Assembly: GCA_000002445.1 (NCBI GenBank)
Contig: CH464491.1
Location: 4,608,001 to 4,672,000 of the forward strand
Source: Trypanosoma brucei
Lineage: Eukaryota
Length of the DNA stretch: 64,000 nt
Direction of reading: 5' to 3'
Shown here: positions 24,161 through 35,610 of the stretch, in pieces
How the letters are laid out: every line of letters begins with the position of its first letter
How positions within the stretch are numbered: the first letter of the stretch is position 1
Notes under the pieces: generated by a model
Told to the model about the DNA's origin: nothing
Databases searched by the model: none
The model's input: only the letters and a program-made list of their open reading frames with translations
Translations under genes and position numbers: made by a program

Positions 24161-25738
24161 TTAAAAAAGCAAGGCCAAAAATGCAGCAGAAACCACGGTG
24201 AGGGCGAATTGTTTGTTTAGGAGGAAGCTAGAAGAGCGGCAACCAGGAGTTACTGGACCAGTGCCTTCGACAAAAGTAATCCATCCACAAAAGGCTTTCT
24301 TGCCTTGGGGAATCGGGCCAGTTATTTTGGCGCAATCCTCGGCATTTTGGGCGGCAGAGCACTTATCTGTTGTACCTGCTCCTGTAGCTTGCTCTCCTGC
24401 TCCTGCTTTGGTTGTCTGTTCTTCCCCATCTTTAGGTTTGCAGTGTTCTCCCTTATCCTCTGTAGTGCTATTCCAATGGCAACCGGTTGTCGGGCAGGTC
24501 GATTTTTTTTTGTGATTATTGCAGTTTACTTTTTGAAGTTGTGTTTTGCTTTCTTTACTGTTGACGGCTCCTGTTGATGCTGTCTGTTGATCGACGCTGG
24601 TGTAATGGGCTCGCTTTATTACCGCTTTTACTTGCTGCTCGAGTAGCGTGATTGCTGCGTTGTACTCTGTTACTTGGCTATTGTAGCTTGGTCGTTTCCG
24701 AAGCTCACTTGCGATGGTATCGAGGTCCTTCACCCATTGGATTGCATTTTTTTTAAGTTGTTTGTTCTGGGCGCCGTTGGTAATCTTGACGCAGCATGCG
24801 GTACCACCGCCGTCGCAGTTCGCCTCGCTTTTCAGGCCACCGATGTAAAGGTCATTTGTTCCCACCCGGGTGTGGGCCATTACCGCGTTTATTAAGTTAG
24901 TTATCAGACCGTCTGTGATCACAGTTCCCTCCGTTGCCGGGCATATTTGGCGTAGGTTTGGCCACGCTGAGGCTTGTGGGGGTGCCGCTAGTTCCCATGC
25001 CGCTTGAGTTGTTTGGGCGTCAGCACAAGGTTTATGCGATGCGGCGTTGGCTGAACCACAGACACAAAGAAAAGTGCCTGCGAGCGTCTTGGCCGCCGGT
25101 GGTGTTTCGCCTGTTGCGCAGCTGGCTGCGTAGGCTGCAGCCGCCCCAGAGAACATCGGCGCAGTTTCTGGTTGGTCCATATTGCTTGGTTTCTTTCCGT
25201 ATATAGCCTGGTACAGTTGGGTTATTAATGCTGCATCGTCTTTTGGTTTGTTTTGTTGGCCTGTCTTGTAGAATGCCTCTAGGTCATAGGCGGCGTCCGC
25301 TAGCTGTGCTATAGTTGGTCTAAGGTTTGCGAGCTGCTGAGCACTCGCTTTGTCAGTGCTGAACTGCTCCTTGAAGGTTGCTTCGTTTTTGTCCGTTTCT
25401 AGATATAAAGCCGCGTCTGCCCAGGTCGTCCATTTTGATTTCCAATCATCTGGTGCACTCTGTGGCGGATTGTCTTTTGCTTTTGGCTTGGTATCCTCCG
25501 TCTTTTCGGTGAGCAGTTGCCGCCAGGCAGCCGGCGCCATCGTCATATTTAACTTGTAGATGTCTGAAGCTTTTTGTGAGGCTGTTGTTATGGTCGGGTC
25601 GAATGTGATTGCGCCATCTGCGAGCTGTAGGGTTTTGCACAAAGGCCCAAAGACGCCTGTATTATCGCCGTTGGCGAAGCTATGGACTGTCCTAACGACA
25701 GCTACAAGTATAATGAAGTGAAAAGCTATTTTTATCAT
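24161..25738 (-). CDS. Apparently intact VSG, 526 aa from MIKIAFHFIILVAVVRTVHS. The longest ORF extends upstream to 25861.
   Basis: Uninterrupted ORF. C-terminus ...AFCGWITFVEGTGPVTPGCRSSSFLLNKQFALTVVSAAFLALLF. 16-mer 40 bp downstream. Confidence 0.85.
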   Translation of the reverse strand: MIKIAFHFIILVAVVRTVHSFANGDNTGVFGPLCKTLQLADGAITFDPTITTASQKASDIYKLNMTMAPAAWRQLLTEKTEDTKPKAKDNPPQSAPDDWKSKWTTWADAALYLETDKNEATFKEQFSTDKASAQQLANLRPTIAQLADAAYDLEAFYKTGQQNKPKDDAALITQLYQAIYGKKPSNMDQPETAPMFSGAAAAYAASCATGETPPAAKTLAGTFLCVCGSANAASHKPCADAQTTQAAWELAAPPQASAWPNLRQICPATEGTVITDGLITNLINAVMAHTRVGTNDLYIGGLKSEANCDGGGTACCVKITNGAQNKQLKKNAIQWVKDLDTIASELRKRPSYNSQVTEYNAAITLLEQQVKAVIKRAHYTSVDQQTASTGAVNSKESKTQLQKVNCNNHKKKSTCPTTGCHWNSTTEDKGEHCKPKDGEEQTTKAGAGEQATGAGTTDKCSAAQNAEDCAKITGPIPQGKKAFCGWITFVEGTGPVTPGCRSSSFLLNKQFALTVVSAAFLALLF

Positions 25739-27109
25739 TGACTGCTTGCACTTGGTCTTTTTCTTGCTGCCCTGTTGTTGGGTTTGAGCTTGAGTGAGGT
25801 GATAAACGGATAGACACAGATGATAGAGGCCATGGTTTGCACTAATTCTTCTGCTGTGCATCTTAAGTAGAGATTAGCTCCTCCACACTGTTCACTAGTT
25901 AACAACAATTTGGTCAAATTTACTAAAGCAAAAATATATAAGTTAGTTTTCAGTAGTCGGGATATCCTTTTTATGACTGCTGACAGGGCCTTTTTAACTT
26001 GTTACACAACTTCTAGAACTTTTTGCGCCGTTTTTGGTTTATACTACATTTTTTTGCTCAAAACTGAGTTCTCTAAAAAAAATGCGCTGTTCTTCCGCGC
26101 CGTCCAACATTGAAAGAGCTTGTTCACTACCCTTGTTGTTTTCTAATCTTCATGGTGCCATAATCGGCACTATCTATAAGCCGCGCTGGCAGCACGAGTC
26201 ATTGCTGTGTGAAAACGGTCGTTTTGTAACATTCATCGTTGACGAACCTTTTGGCTGCTGCTTGGATCTTCCTTTCCGTACTTCTTTAAAGATCCATACT
26301 TCGCATGTTGCTTGCACCAGCTTCTGTTTTTTTTAAATAATCTGTTCTTTCTTTTTTAGACTTGAGCCGTGGTTTCTATATTTTTTCGTTTTAGAGTTTC
26401 TTCCTCTGTTGGCGTCTGCTTTTCACTTTTAACCCGAAAAACGAATGCTGGTGTAGCTGGCTTTGTCTTGTGCTGTCGGTTCTTGAATCAGTTCTGATCT
26501 CTCTGTTATCTTTAGAACGGAAGAAATGCCGGCTAGAAATTACTACTATTTCGTACACTCTTCCATTTGAGCTCCAGTCAATTGCTTGTTCTTTAGTAAC
26601 ATCATTTCTATTGCCATCCTCTAATGCGTTAAATTAGTCGGTGTTAACACTTTTTTTATTGGAACACAGAAAACAACAAAACCTCGTTGTTTTCAAATTA
26701 CTTTGACAGTCGCCGGCCATGTGTTTTCACTGAAACTGTATGTTGTCACACTGTGGTGTGATAGCATAACCATACTATTGGTGTTTCTGCTTTGCTTTTA
26801 CATAGCCTATTTTTGGTTGCTGGCGGTGTCGTTTGAGCTACACGTCTATCTACAGTCTTTGACATTCGAGCTCTATAGCTATTTTTGTCTATCCCTTTTA
26901 TTTTATCTACGGTATAAACCATAAGTCTACCGCACATCTGGTGTATAGAACTTCGCGGATATACTTCACAGTCACAATATCCATCAGAGAAAGTTTTGAA
27001 AATGATGTTACTACTTTTTTAGCCAAGCTTGCGCTGAATTCTCGCTGCTTCATCGTCAAACAACTGCAGCCTTTTAATTTTTAAATACTTTAATTTTATC
27101 TCTGTAGTC

Positions 27110-27230
27110 CATCACCAGTATCATTTTCAGCACAATATTCGTATATACACACTTACAACACTCTCTTATCATTATTATTAACTTTACTATTATATTTATT
27201 ATTATTATAACCCTAGCAATACCCATGAAA
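27110..27230 (-). repeat. 70-bp repeat in minus orientation.
   Basis: CGTATATACACACTTACAACACTCTCTTATCATTATTATTAAC. Confidence 0.75.
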
Positions 27231-27439
27231 TAAACGGAATAGTAAATAAATCGAATTAGAATAGCATTCATTTTTCACGACCTCACACACTAATAATTTA
27301 TATTTATAGATCACTATTATGCAAAACATTTATATTTCAAATTCTTAAGAATATATCTATTTTTCTCATATTCACCACAAAAGTCTTAAAATATATTAAT
27401 TTTAAGAAGATTGTAGCAAAGTTTACAAGAAAGAAGTTT

Positions 27440-28897
27440 TCATGAAATTGAACAAAAAACATTTTTTAAAACTTAATTATAGAAGAAAAAATGCAGACCA
27501 AAGAGGTGCCTTAATCACAACAGCATTTATTCTTATGGTATTTGTATTTTGTTCCACCTATATTTCCTGCATCTTCTTGTCTTGGTGTGTAATTTGGATC
27601 CACTACGCACTTTTTATTTTCGCCTGTGCCCTCCCATTTGCAGCCATCTTTGCACTCCCCTTCAGTTTTCTTTTCGGAGCACTTTGAAGTGGACTCTCCT
27701 GCTGTTGTGGCTTTTGATGTCTTACGTTCGCATTTGTTATCTTTTTCATTGTATTTGCATCCATTTTTATTTCCACATTCAGTTTTGTCATTTATGTCAG
27801 TGCATTGTGATTTTTCTTTGTCTCCTATTTGTGAAGGCATGGTGGCACAGTGTGCGCTTCTGCTTTCTTTTTTTGCTAGCACTAAACCGAGTGCTGCGGA
27901 AAATTGTTCTTCTCCAGCTAGCTTGCCGATTGTTATCTGTTTCGCTGATTTTGAGTCGAAGAACGTGGCCGCCACATTGGTTATCTGTTGCCACACCCTC
28001 TGGTCGAATTTACTGCCATCAGTGGGGCCATGCCGGCTCTCTAAGATCGCTTTGAGTTTGGTTTCCAGGTCTTCGAGGACCACTGGATTGTTTTGTCCCT
28101 CGTCGGTTGTTACGTACACCAATTTTAGAAATCCGGGTTGTTTATGTATGTGTTGTAGTTTTTTTATGTCCGTGTGGCGCAATAATTGCGCCGCTGCACT
28201 AAATGCGGGTTTGTGCTGTTGCTGGATTGTCTCTTTTGATTCGTTGCTTGGTCGCGTTGCTATGCATCCTGTCCGTGCTGGCTGGTTGTCGGTTTTGAAT
28301 GTGGCTTCTGCGCACTTCGAAGTTTATGTACGTTGATGGAAAGTCGATCCCCTGATCCTGTCCGAAGTCGAGCTCTTCTACGTTGAAATCCTCCTGTGGT
28401 TTTTCTTCCGGGCAAGCTGTGCGTGTTGTAGTTTTGACAGAGCCGTCGGTTATCGTTCCGCTGTGGAAGTTGTTGATGCCGCCTGCTACGACGTGCACTA
28501 CTTTAGACTTAGCTGTGTTGTGGTTTAGTGCATCATAGGCATGGCTTATGGTCGCAAGTAAAACTAGGTGGTTCTCCACTGTCTGTGCAGATGCTGCTGC
28601 TTGTTCCCTGTAGGCTTTTGCTTTTGCATGGGCTACGGCGGCTATCGGCGCTAGTATTGTTTTTTGTTCATTAGTTGCGCTTTCAGCCGCTATTAAAGCC
28701 TTTGTTTCCAGCTTCGAGTCACTTTCAATGTTGTCTCGCGCTGTTTTCAAAGCATTCTGCAGGTAGCTTCGGAGCTGCTCGACACGGGTTAGGCAGTCGC
28801 ACGTTGAGTTGCACGCCTGTCGTGGGCCGCTTTGCTTTTCCGCGTTGGCTTGGTGGGTGCCTAATGCTAAACCTATAAAGAGTAGTGTTCGCTGCAT
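27440..28897 (-). pseudogene. VSG pseudogene with frameshifts. N-domain at 28199-28897, C-domain at 27511-28182.
   Basis: Signal peptide MQRTLLFIGLALGTHQANA. Cys-rich C-domain (CKDGCKWEGTGENKKC). Frames differ between the pieces. Confidence 0.8.
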
Positions 28898-29889
28898 TCT
28901 TTGTTTTTTGTCTTGATCTTATAACTTGGGTGAAGTTTGAGTAAAATCGGTTTTTCGATTTCTCGTGCTTGGAAGTTTGGTGAGGCTGTGGTAGTTCGGC
29001 TGTGCCTTATTTTTACTTAGCGCTTTTACATTGTTCGTGATATCGTCTGTCTGCATCCTTTTGGATCGGTTCGTGTACTAATGGTCGAAAAAATGTATAT
29101 TACATTCTTTGCGTTGGTGTTACGGCAATTTGTGTGGGGTTTAAAGACAAAGTTCAATCTCCTTTCGCCGTTCGTATTTATTTACGGTTCTGCTGTCTCA
29201 TTTTTTGAAATTTCTGTTGTATTGCTGATGAGCTTAGTTTGCTATGCTTTTTCGCCTAAACCTCCATCACTACGGACACATTGCCGATGTTTCGCACTTG
29301 GTCACTATCGTTATATCATTTAAATAACAAAATAAAGGTTCTTTCTTAGAAAAAATAATTGCTCGGTGCGCTGTTCTTCACATTCTTTGCCAGGTTGTCG
29401 TTTGTTCTATGGATAAGCTAACTTTGGTCTTGTGTTTGACCTTTCAGACTGCTGCGACTTCTTCATCCTCGTCATTTCTTGTGGATTACCATTTTTACTA
29501 ATATGGTGCATCAATCATTGAATGCAGTTAATTTATACTTTTTGTTTAGCAGTATAAATTTGAGTGTATCACAGTCCAAACTTTTGAAATTTCATGACGG
29601 TCCTATAATGATTAGCACATATATCATTTAAAGAAACATACACAATCTTTTCAGTTCATCCTAATGCATTGGCGAACTTCATTTTAACGTTATACTTTCG
29701 ATAATATCAGACTATTTCACACAAATGTGGGTTATTATTGTTATATTTAATAGGAAAATAACTTTGACATTGGATCACAGTTACAAAATCATTTTTTATG
29801 CTCATGCTTATTCCTCTCTTCCTCACCATATCGCTCACTTGCTCACTTACATCGCATATTTGCTACTGTTTTTAGTGCTCACATGTTGC

Positions 29890-30015
29890 CGTGTATTTAG
29901 TTTTCTCCATAACCCATGTTACAATATTAGTATATACACACTCATAAAACTCTCCTATTATTATTATCATTATTATTATTACTGCTGTTGTTGTAATATT
30001 AGTGAATACATACAG
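29890..30015 (-). repeat. 70-bp repeat in minus orientation.
   Basis: TATATACACACTCATAAAACTCTCCTATTATTATTATCATTATTATTATT. Confidence 0.75.
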
Positions 30016-30017
30016 TA

Positions 30018-30356
30018 ACAACATACTCCTATCAGTATTACAATAACCCTAATTATCCCTACTATTATAACCTTAAATTACTTTTAATATCCATAAAATA
30101 AGCCTAAATAGAATACATAATAGCACTCATTTCTAACTATATTACCCTACTATTTTACATTCATGAGCCACAATCACACCAAAATTTTAAATTTTCATGT
30201 TTTCAACAAAAAGGGTTAGAACACATAAAAATATAGCTGATTTCAGATGATTCATTCAAAGTAGAAAATTTTTTAAAAAATTGGAAAAAATTATATTGGA
30301 AATTTAATTAGAGAAACTGAAAAACAAGCAAAAGAGGAACCCTCATCACATAAAAA
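30018..30356 (-). pseudogene. Orphan VSG 3' end: the last codons of a GPI signal plus the 3'UTR. I propose it is the missing tail of VSG 47570-48990.
   Basis: Reverse complement begins ...GTGATGAGGGTTCCTCTTTTGCTTGTTTTTCAGTTTCTCTAA, which translates MRVPLLLVFQFL then stop. Contains the UTR motif TAGAATACATAATAGCACTCATTTC. Confidence 0.6.
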
Positions 30357-30627
30357 TTTTTTTTTTGAATTTTCTTCGTGCCTTCGTGGGAGTTTCCCCC
30401 CACTGGCGCGGCCATCAGCCATCACTGTAGAGCCCTGAGATGCTATCGGTCTGGCGACTGTGGCAGAGTCTCCCTTTTTTATTCAGCCTAACACACTCTC
30501 TATAATTTTTGTTGTAGCTCCGCATTTGAACGGAATACAGCAGATGGGGCGAGAAGCCACCACACCCCGGACTCTCAAAAAGATGTCAATTAGCAATCCT
30601 TTTGTTTTGATTTTTGTTATTCGTTTA

Positions 30628-32646
30628 TTATTCTCTTCCCCTCTTTCTGTTTCTGTTGCTTGTTGACTGCATACCCTCTCTGTCTCTGAGGGTGTCTGGA
30701 CTATTCCTGCGTCCGGTGCTTTTCCTGCTAGCCCCACTCTCGGCAATAAGGGGGGAAGTTGCAGAAGGGAGAGTGGGTTGTATGACTGTTACATTAGGGG
30801 AGGAATTCACCTGTGGCCGGCTCCGTTCAACCGCAATAAGAAACTGCGCCAGCCTTTTAGAGAAACATTTATCCTGCACACACACACTTTCCACCGCAAA
30901 CCTGACACGTAACTCCTTCAAACCGGGACAGCTCATCAAGTGCAGTGACGTTTCTTCGCAGTCGCCGCGTTGGCTGGTAACAGCGCGCTCTACTCTCATA
31001 CCGTGCATCTTCTTTTGATATAGGGTGAGGCCAGTTTTGCTAGCACACTGCCTTCCGCATGTCGGGCACACCAACATGGATGCGTTTGTATGCGGGGAAT
31101 CAGTGGCACACAATTTTGTGTTATTGCTGCATTTAAGCTCGATTCCCTCACCTTTGTGGAAAGCCTTACAGTGTCGGATGAGGGAGTCCCTGCAACTGAG
31201 CACTTTTTGGCACACACCACACTGCACCTCGCCTTTCCCCGGGACGTCAACGTTTCCCTCACGGGCACGCTTACGAGGGAATTGCACCACCACCACGGTA
31301 CCGTCCTCCGTCACTATGCTCTTATGTTTGAATTTCTTGTGTAGTGACAGGGAAGAGCGTGTACCAATGCTCGCCTCGCACAGGTCACATTGAAACGGCA
31401 GCTTCCGTGTATCCTGAGAGGCTGGTGCTGCTGGGGCTCTACCATCTCCTTGCACTGAGTCTTCGTTCTCTCGCCCCCTTTTCACGCGGCAACTACCGCT
31501 GCCTATGCCATGTATTGTTCTAAGGTGGTGTAGTAGTCGGCCTGGCACTGCGAATTTGGAGGCACAGAGGGTACAATGAAGCACATGTGCTCTCATCGGG
31601 ACTCGTGTGCTCGATGGTAGAGGAACAATCGCCACCACTGGAGGGGGCTCCGGGGGGATGTCCACTGCAGGTGTTGCATCGCCGTATTTGATCCTCCGGA
31701 GGGCATCAGCTCGCACAAAGACGTGTTTGTTTACCATATGCGTTACAGCACTCGAGCGGCATTGGTATGTGGCATCACATTCCGTACATTTGGTCGGTTC
31801 GGAGGTTCTCTGAAGAGTACGTGTCGCAACAGTTGAGGCTGTTTGTATTGTTGGCCCTATCGCTGCATGTTGCGGGTTACACCATCGGCACTGTGGAGGC
31901 ACACTCGGGTTGATCTTTCGCAACATCCATCCATAGTGTCTTGAAGACCCAACCCGAAAGCGTGCCAGTGCCGTTTCTTCTTCCCTCGTCAGTTCTTCCT
32001 TATGTTTTGTTGGAAAGTGGTTTCCCGTTATACCAAACCTATGAGTGTTCTCATGGACTTCTTCCGACCTAAGCACTCGCTTCGCATAAGCAATGATGTC
32101 GGGGATCCATGTGACTCGCAACTGTGGTAAATCAGCGGCCTTTTTCGCCATTTCGTCACAAACCTCATTCGGTTTCACGCCACAATGGCCAAACACAAAT
32201 TGCAGTCGGATACGTATCTTCCTTCTCTGAACTTGAAGCAGAAGCCTCCATAGTCGTCTCAGAATTGTGTCCGTTACGGCTAGAGAGCCTGTCTGCAGTG
32301 CTGTTAACATTGACAGCGAGTCAGAGAAGATGGACAACCTGCTCGGTGTGCTTCTGTATGCCGCAAGCCATTTCAGCAGCCGTTGCAGTCCTATCTCTAA
32401 TGCTACGCATTCCGCTCTGTAACTGCATGAGAGTTCCCCTGCTCCGGTTTTGAGTGCACAAATCAGCGTGTTGTTTCTATAGAGCAGGGCAGCTGCCCCG
32501 GACTTCTCACCGAGGGACACGGATTCATCAGTCCACAATTCGTAGTGCTCTCGCCGCGGTGACTCCTTTCCCCTCCGTGCAAAATGCCGTGCAATCCACT
32601 TCTCAGAAGCCTCCCTTTTGACATCGTCAGGGTCATCAGCGCACAC
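30628..32646 (-). CDS. ingi C-terminal segment (672 aa), RNase H-like plus C2H2 zinc fingers.
   Basis: CTECDATYQCRSSAVTHMVNKH and CTLCASKFAVPGRLLHHL zinc-finger motifs. Confidence 0.7.
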   Translation of the reverse strand: MCADDPDDVKREASEKWIARHFARRGKESPRREHYELWTDESVSLGEKSGAAALLYRNNTLICALKTGAGELSCSYRAECVALEIGLQRLLKWLAAYRSTPSRLSIFSDSLSMLTALQTGSLAVTDTILRRLWRLLLQVQRRKIRIRLQFVFGHCGVKPNEVCDEMAKKAADLPQLRVTWIPDIIAYAKRVLRSEEVHENTHRFGITGNHFPTKHKEELTREEETALARFRVGSSRHYGWMLRKINPSVPPQCRWCNPQHAAIGPTIQTASTVATRTLQRTSEPTKCTECDATYQCRSSAVTHMVNKHVFVRADALRRIKYGDATPAVDIPPEPPPVVAIVPLPSSTRVPMRAHVLHCTLCASKFAVPGRLLHHLRTIHGIGSGSCRVKRGRENEDSVQGDGRAPAAPASQDTRKLPFQCDLCEASIGTRSSLSLHKKFKHKSIVTEDGTVVVVQFPRKRAREGNVDVPGKGEVQCGVCQKVLSCRDSLIRHCKAFHKGEGIELKCSNNTKLCATDSPHTNASMLVCPTCGRQCASKTGLTLYQKKMHGMRVERAVTSQRGDCEETSLHLMSCPGLKELRVRFAVESVCVQDKCFSKRLAQFLIAVERSRPQVNSSPNVTVIQPTLPSATSPLIAESGASRKSTGRRNSPDTLRDREGMQSTSNRNRKRGRE

Positions 32647-32829
32647 AGGCTTTATCTGCGTGTGAAATTGTGGTCAGCAGCTGTGGCGAAGCGTCGATGT
32701 CTCTAGTGGGTGCTCGCGTGGCTCAATGTGGAGGTGGGGATAAGACCGCATGATGCGGGAATGTAAGACTCTGACTGGGTGTTTGCTGTGGTATACTTCT
32801 TCAACACTGCGCCGCAAACATCCGCCTCG

Positions 32830-34062
32830 TCACTCACACATCAGCATGAATTTCATGCTGCGCACAAGAGTGGTCGTCTTGAGTGGCAGGAGGTTTGCTT
32901 CCAGCAGAGAGTCCTCTTTGCGCGTCCCATGCGGTATGCCAGCTATGATGCGACTGGCTTTGTGTTGTGCTGATGCAAGGAGGTCGCGATTTCGTTTCGA
33001 AGCGTCCCAGTACCATACCTCAATGCCATACATGGTGTGTGCCTGTACGAGTTCCAGATGAAAAGCTCTCAACACTTGTCGTCTTGGCCCCCATGTAGAA
33101 GCTGAGATGGCTGCTATCTGCAGTAGTCTGAAGTCCATCTTGCGTCTCGTTTCGGCCGCATGTGTTGCCATCCCCTGCAGACACTGGAATGTTACTCCTA
33201 GAAGCTTCGGTGTCCTGTCAGCTCCTATTCTTTCGCCGTCCAGTTGTAATGTAAGGTGATAGCGCTCTGTACACCCGAAGAGTGTGCACTTTGTTTTCGC
33301 TACGTTGACAGATATGAAGTACTCTTTTGACCACTGTAACACCACGTTTAGACCGCATTGTAGTGTGTGGTTGATGACATCCCTCTCTGTGTGCCTCGCA
33401 AGTAGCGTCAGGTCGTCTGCAAAGAATCCGTGCTGCAGCAACGGCACTTCTGCAAGGCGCTGGCTCAACGAGTTCATGACAATAATGAACATGATTGGGC
33501 CAAGGACAGCTCCTTGTGGGACTCCTCGCTCAAATGTTCTGCTGCTGGAAATCTTCTCCTTGAATCTCACTCTGCCAGTTCGGTTACTCAGAAATGATAC
33601 GCACCACTTCACAATGTGGGGTGATACCTTCATTCTGTGCATTTTCCTCGCAATTTTGTCGTGGTCTACTGTATCGAATGCCTTCTCGTAGTCAACGAAT
33701 ACAGCACCCGTACGATATTGGTGCGTGGGACGGCAGAGGGCAGCGCGGATGTGCAGGAGTTGTTCGAGCGTTGAGCATCCGTGGCAAAAGCCTGATTGCT
33801 GCGTCGTCAGCTGGGACTCAACAGTGTCTCTAAGCCTCGCGGCAATTATGCGCTCCATGACTTTGCAGAGACAGCTCGTGGGCGTTACAGGCCTGTAAGA
33901 ATCGAGGTCCTCCGCCTTTTTTCCGGCATTCAGGATGGGGATGATAACACCGATCTTCCATGCAGACGGCACGACTCCCGTTCGTATGTTTTCATAGAAT
34001 AGCTTCAGAACAACATTCAGCGCTGTTCTACCGAGATGTTCAGTGCCTCGTTGTATAAGCAA
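32830..34062 (-). CDS. ingi reverse-transcriptase segment (410 aa).
   Basis: FVDYEKAFDTVDH and GFFADDLTLL (YXDD-type) motifs. Confidence 0.75.
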   Translation of the reverse strand: MLIQRGTEHLGRTALNVVLKLFYENIRTGVVPSAWKIGVIIPILNAGKKAEDLDSYRPVTPTSCLCKVMERIIAARLRDTVESQLTTQQSGFCHGCSTLEQLLHIRAALCRPTHQYRTGAVFVDYEKAFDTVDHDKIARKMHRMKVSPHIVKWCVSFLSNRTGRVRFKEKISSSRTFERGVPQGAVLGPIMFIIVMNSLSQRLAEVPLLQHGFFADDLTLLARHTERDVINHTLQCGLNVVLQWSKEYFISVNVAKTKCTLFGCTERYHLTLQLDGERIGADRTPKLLGVTFQCLQGMATHAAETRRKMDFRLLQIAAISASTWGPRRQVLRAFHLELVQAHTMYGIEVWYWDASKRNRDLLASAQHKASRIIAGIPHGTRKEDSLLEANLLPLKTTTLVRSMKFMLMCE

Positions 34063-34786
34063 TCAGGTCCGGCTGCGGATCCACTCGGTAGCAGTTTGAT
34101 CGATCTCCGTAGTTCAGCCATCGTGATGAGACTGAACTCACTCGCTATCGTCTTTATTGGTGCCGGTGGGTGTGAGTCGGGGTGCCTTCTTGCGCGGGAC
34201 GAGTACAGTTTAATGAACCTCTCAGCTTGACGGTAGTCCGTGATGGCCGCGTTATCAACAAGTACAGCCGGTGTGGTTAGTGGTCGTGGCGCATATACCT
34301 TCTTGACAATGTGGCAACTGCAGCGGTCTGACACCGCAAGTCTGGAGCATAGCGTGCTCCATCTCTTCTTTGTGGTACGGTCCAGGATCTGCTTACGCGT
34401 GGTTACCAACTTTTCCCTTCGGTGGGAGGGTCCGCATCCAGCGATCTCTTCATCGAGTTTCGCGAGCTCAGGTGTCCAATGTGGTGGCGTTACTCTGCAG
34501 CCACGGGGGACGGAGACCTTCGTTGCAATGCGGATGGCGGAGCTCAATTTCTGTTCCAGGGTGTTGACGTTCTTCTCTCTACCAATTTTCCTGCAGAGCT
34601 CGTCAACCTTGAGACGGAAATTCCTCCAGTTAGCTTTTAGCCATGCGTACATGGGCTTTCGAAGCCGCGGGCAACTCAGTGCATCTGTGTCGTCTACAAC
34701 GATAACGTCGAAAAATATGTGATGGTGATCGCTATCGGGAGAATACAGCGATGTCCACGTGTACACTGTACAATTCCTTGACAGTG

Positions 34787-35602
34787 TCACATCAGGGGTG
34801 GACTCCCCGTGGTGGCGTGTGTAAATGGCGCACTCACCAGTGTTGCAGACCAGAAACTGGTTGTCAATGCACCACTGTGTGAGGGTTTCACCCTTGGTAT
34901 TTGGTGGGTTCGCGCGATCCCATGCCAACGCGTGTGCGTTAGCGTCTGCACCGATGAGAGCTGGGCACCGTCAGTCGTCAGAAGCGTATCTAGGTCAGTT
35001 GCCGTGAAGGTGTGTTTTGGTGGGATGTATGCCGACGTGACAGTCAGCGCCGTTCCACGTGCAAGGTGAATTGTTGCATGCACTTGTTCAATGCGACCAA
35101 CAACGGCCATACCGGTCTCGACTGGTAGGTCCTCCCTCACTAGTATTGATACACCACCTCCTTTGCAGTTACGAGCTATTTCGTGATGTTGGTAGCCAGC
35201 AACGCTAAAGCAAGCCGCCTCTTCAGGCGTCATCCTTGTCTCGCTCAACAGACAAAAGGCGATCCGCTCATCAACAAGGGTTTTGTGGAGTGCTAATCTC
35301 TTTCCTTGAGATAGCCCGGCACAGTTCCACTGCATCCCGCGCAACGACGGGCCGGGATTCTCTTCCACATCACCGGACAGCAGCATCTTAGTGCGGATGA
35401 TACTGCTGATGGTACGCTGGCACGTGCCCAGGGACAGACAAATGAAAAACGGTGTCCCAGCAAGACGCTGCTGATCCTTGTGCTGTATGATGCTGTAGCC
35501 GGAGCAAAGCAGTGTTTCCCATGAAAGGAACGCTGCTGGCTCTTGGCTTCCCCCGATGATACGGGGTACTGGACCCTGGAACCACGTTGAGGTGGCCGGC
35601 AT
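34787..35602 (-). CDS. ingi N-terminal segment, APE-like endonuclease.
   Basis: PGPSLRGMQWNCAGLSQGKRLALHKTLVDERIAFCLLSETRM. Confidence 0.65.
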   Translation of the reverse strand: MPATSTWFQGPVPRIIGGSQEPAAFLSWETLLCSGYSIIQHKDQQRLAGTPFFICLSLGTCQRTISSIIRTKMLLSGDVEENPGPSLRGMQWNCAGLSQGKRLALHKTLVDERIAFCLLSETRMTPEEAACFSVAGYQHHEIARNCKGGGVSILVREDLPVETGMAVVGRIEQVHATIHLARGTALTVTSAYIPPKHTFTATDLDTLLTTDGAQLSSVQTLTHTRWHGIARTHQIPRVKPSHSGALTTSFWSATLVSAPFTHATTGSPPLM

Positions 35603-35610
35603 CGCCAGGG

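Larger units (their letters stand above)
30357..35610 (-). mobile_element. Full-length ingi non-LTR retrotransposon (about 5.25 kb) in minus orientation. Its ORF is split by frameshifts.
   Basis: 5' end CCCTGGCGATGCCGGCC (reverse complement at 35596-35610). 3' end ...CCCACGAAGGCACGAAGAAAATTCAAAAAAAAAA (reverse complement at 30357-30390). Internal ORFs with EN, RT and zinc-finger motifs. Confidence 0.9.
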
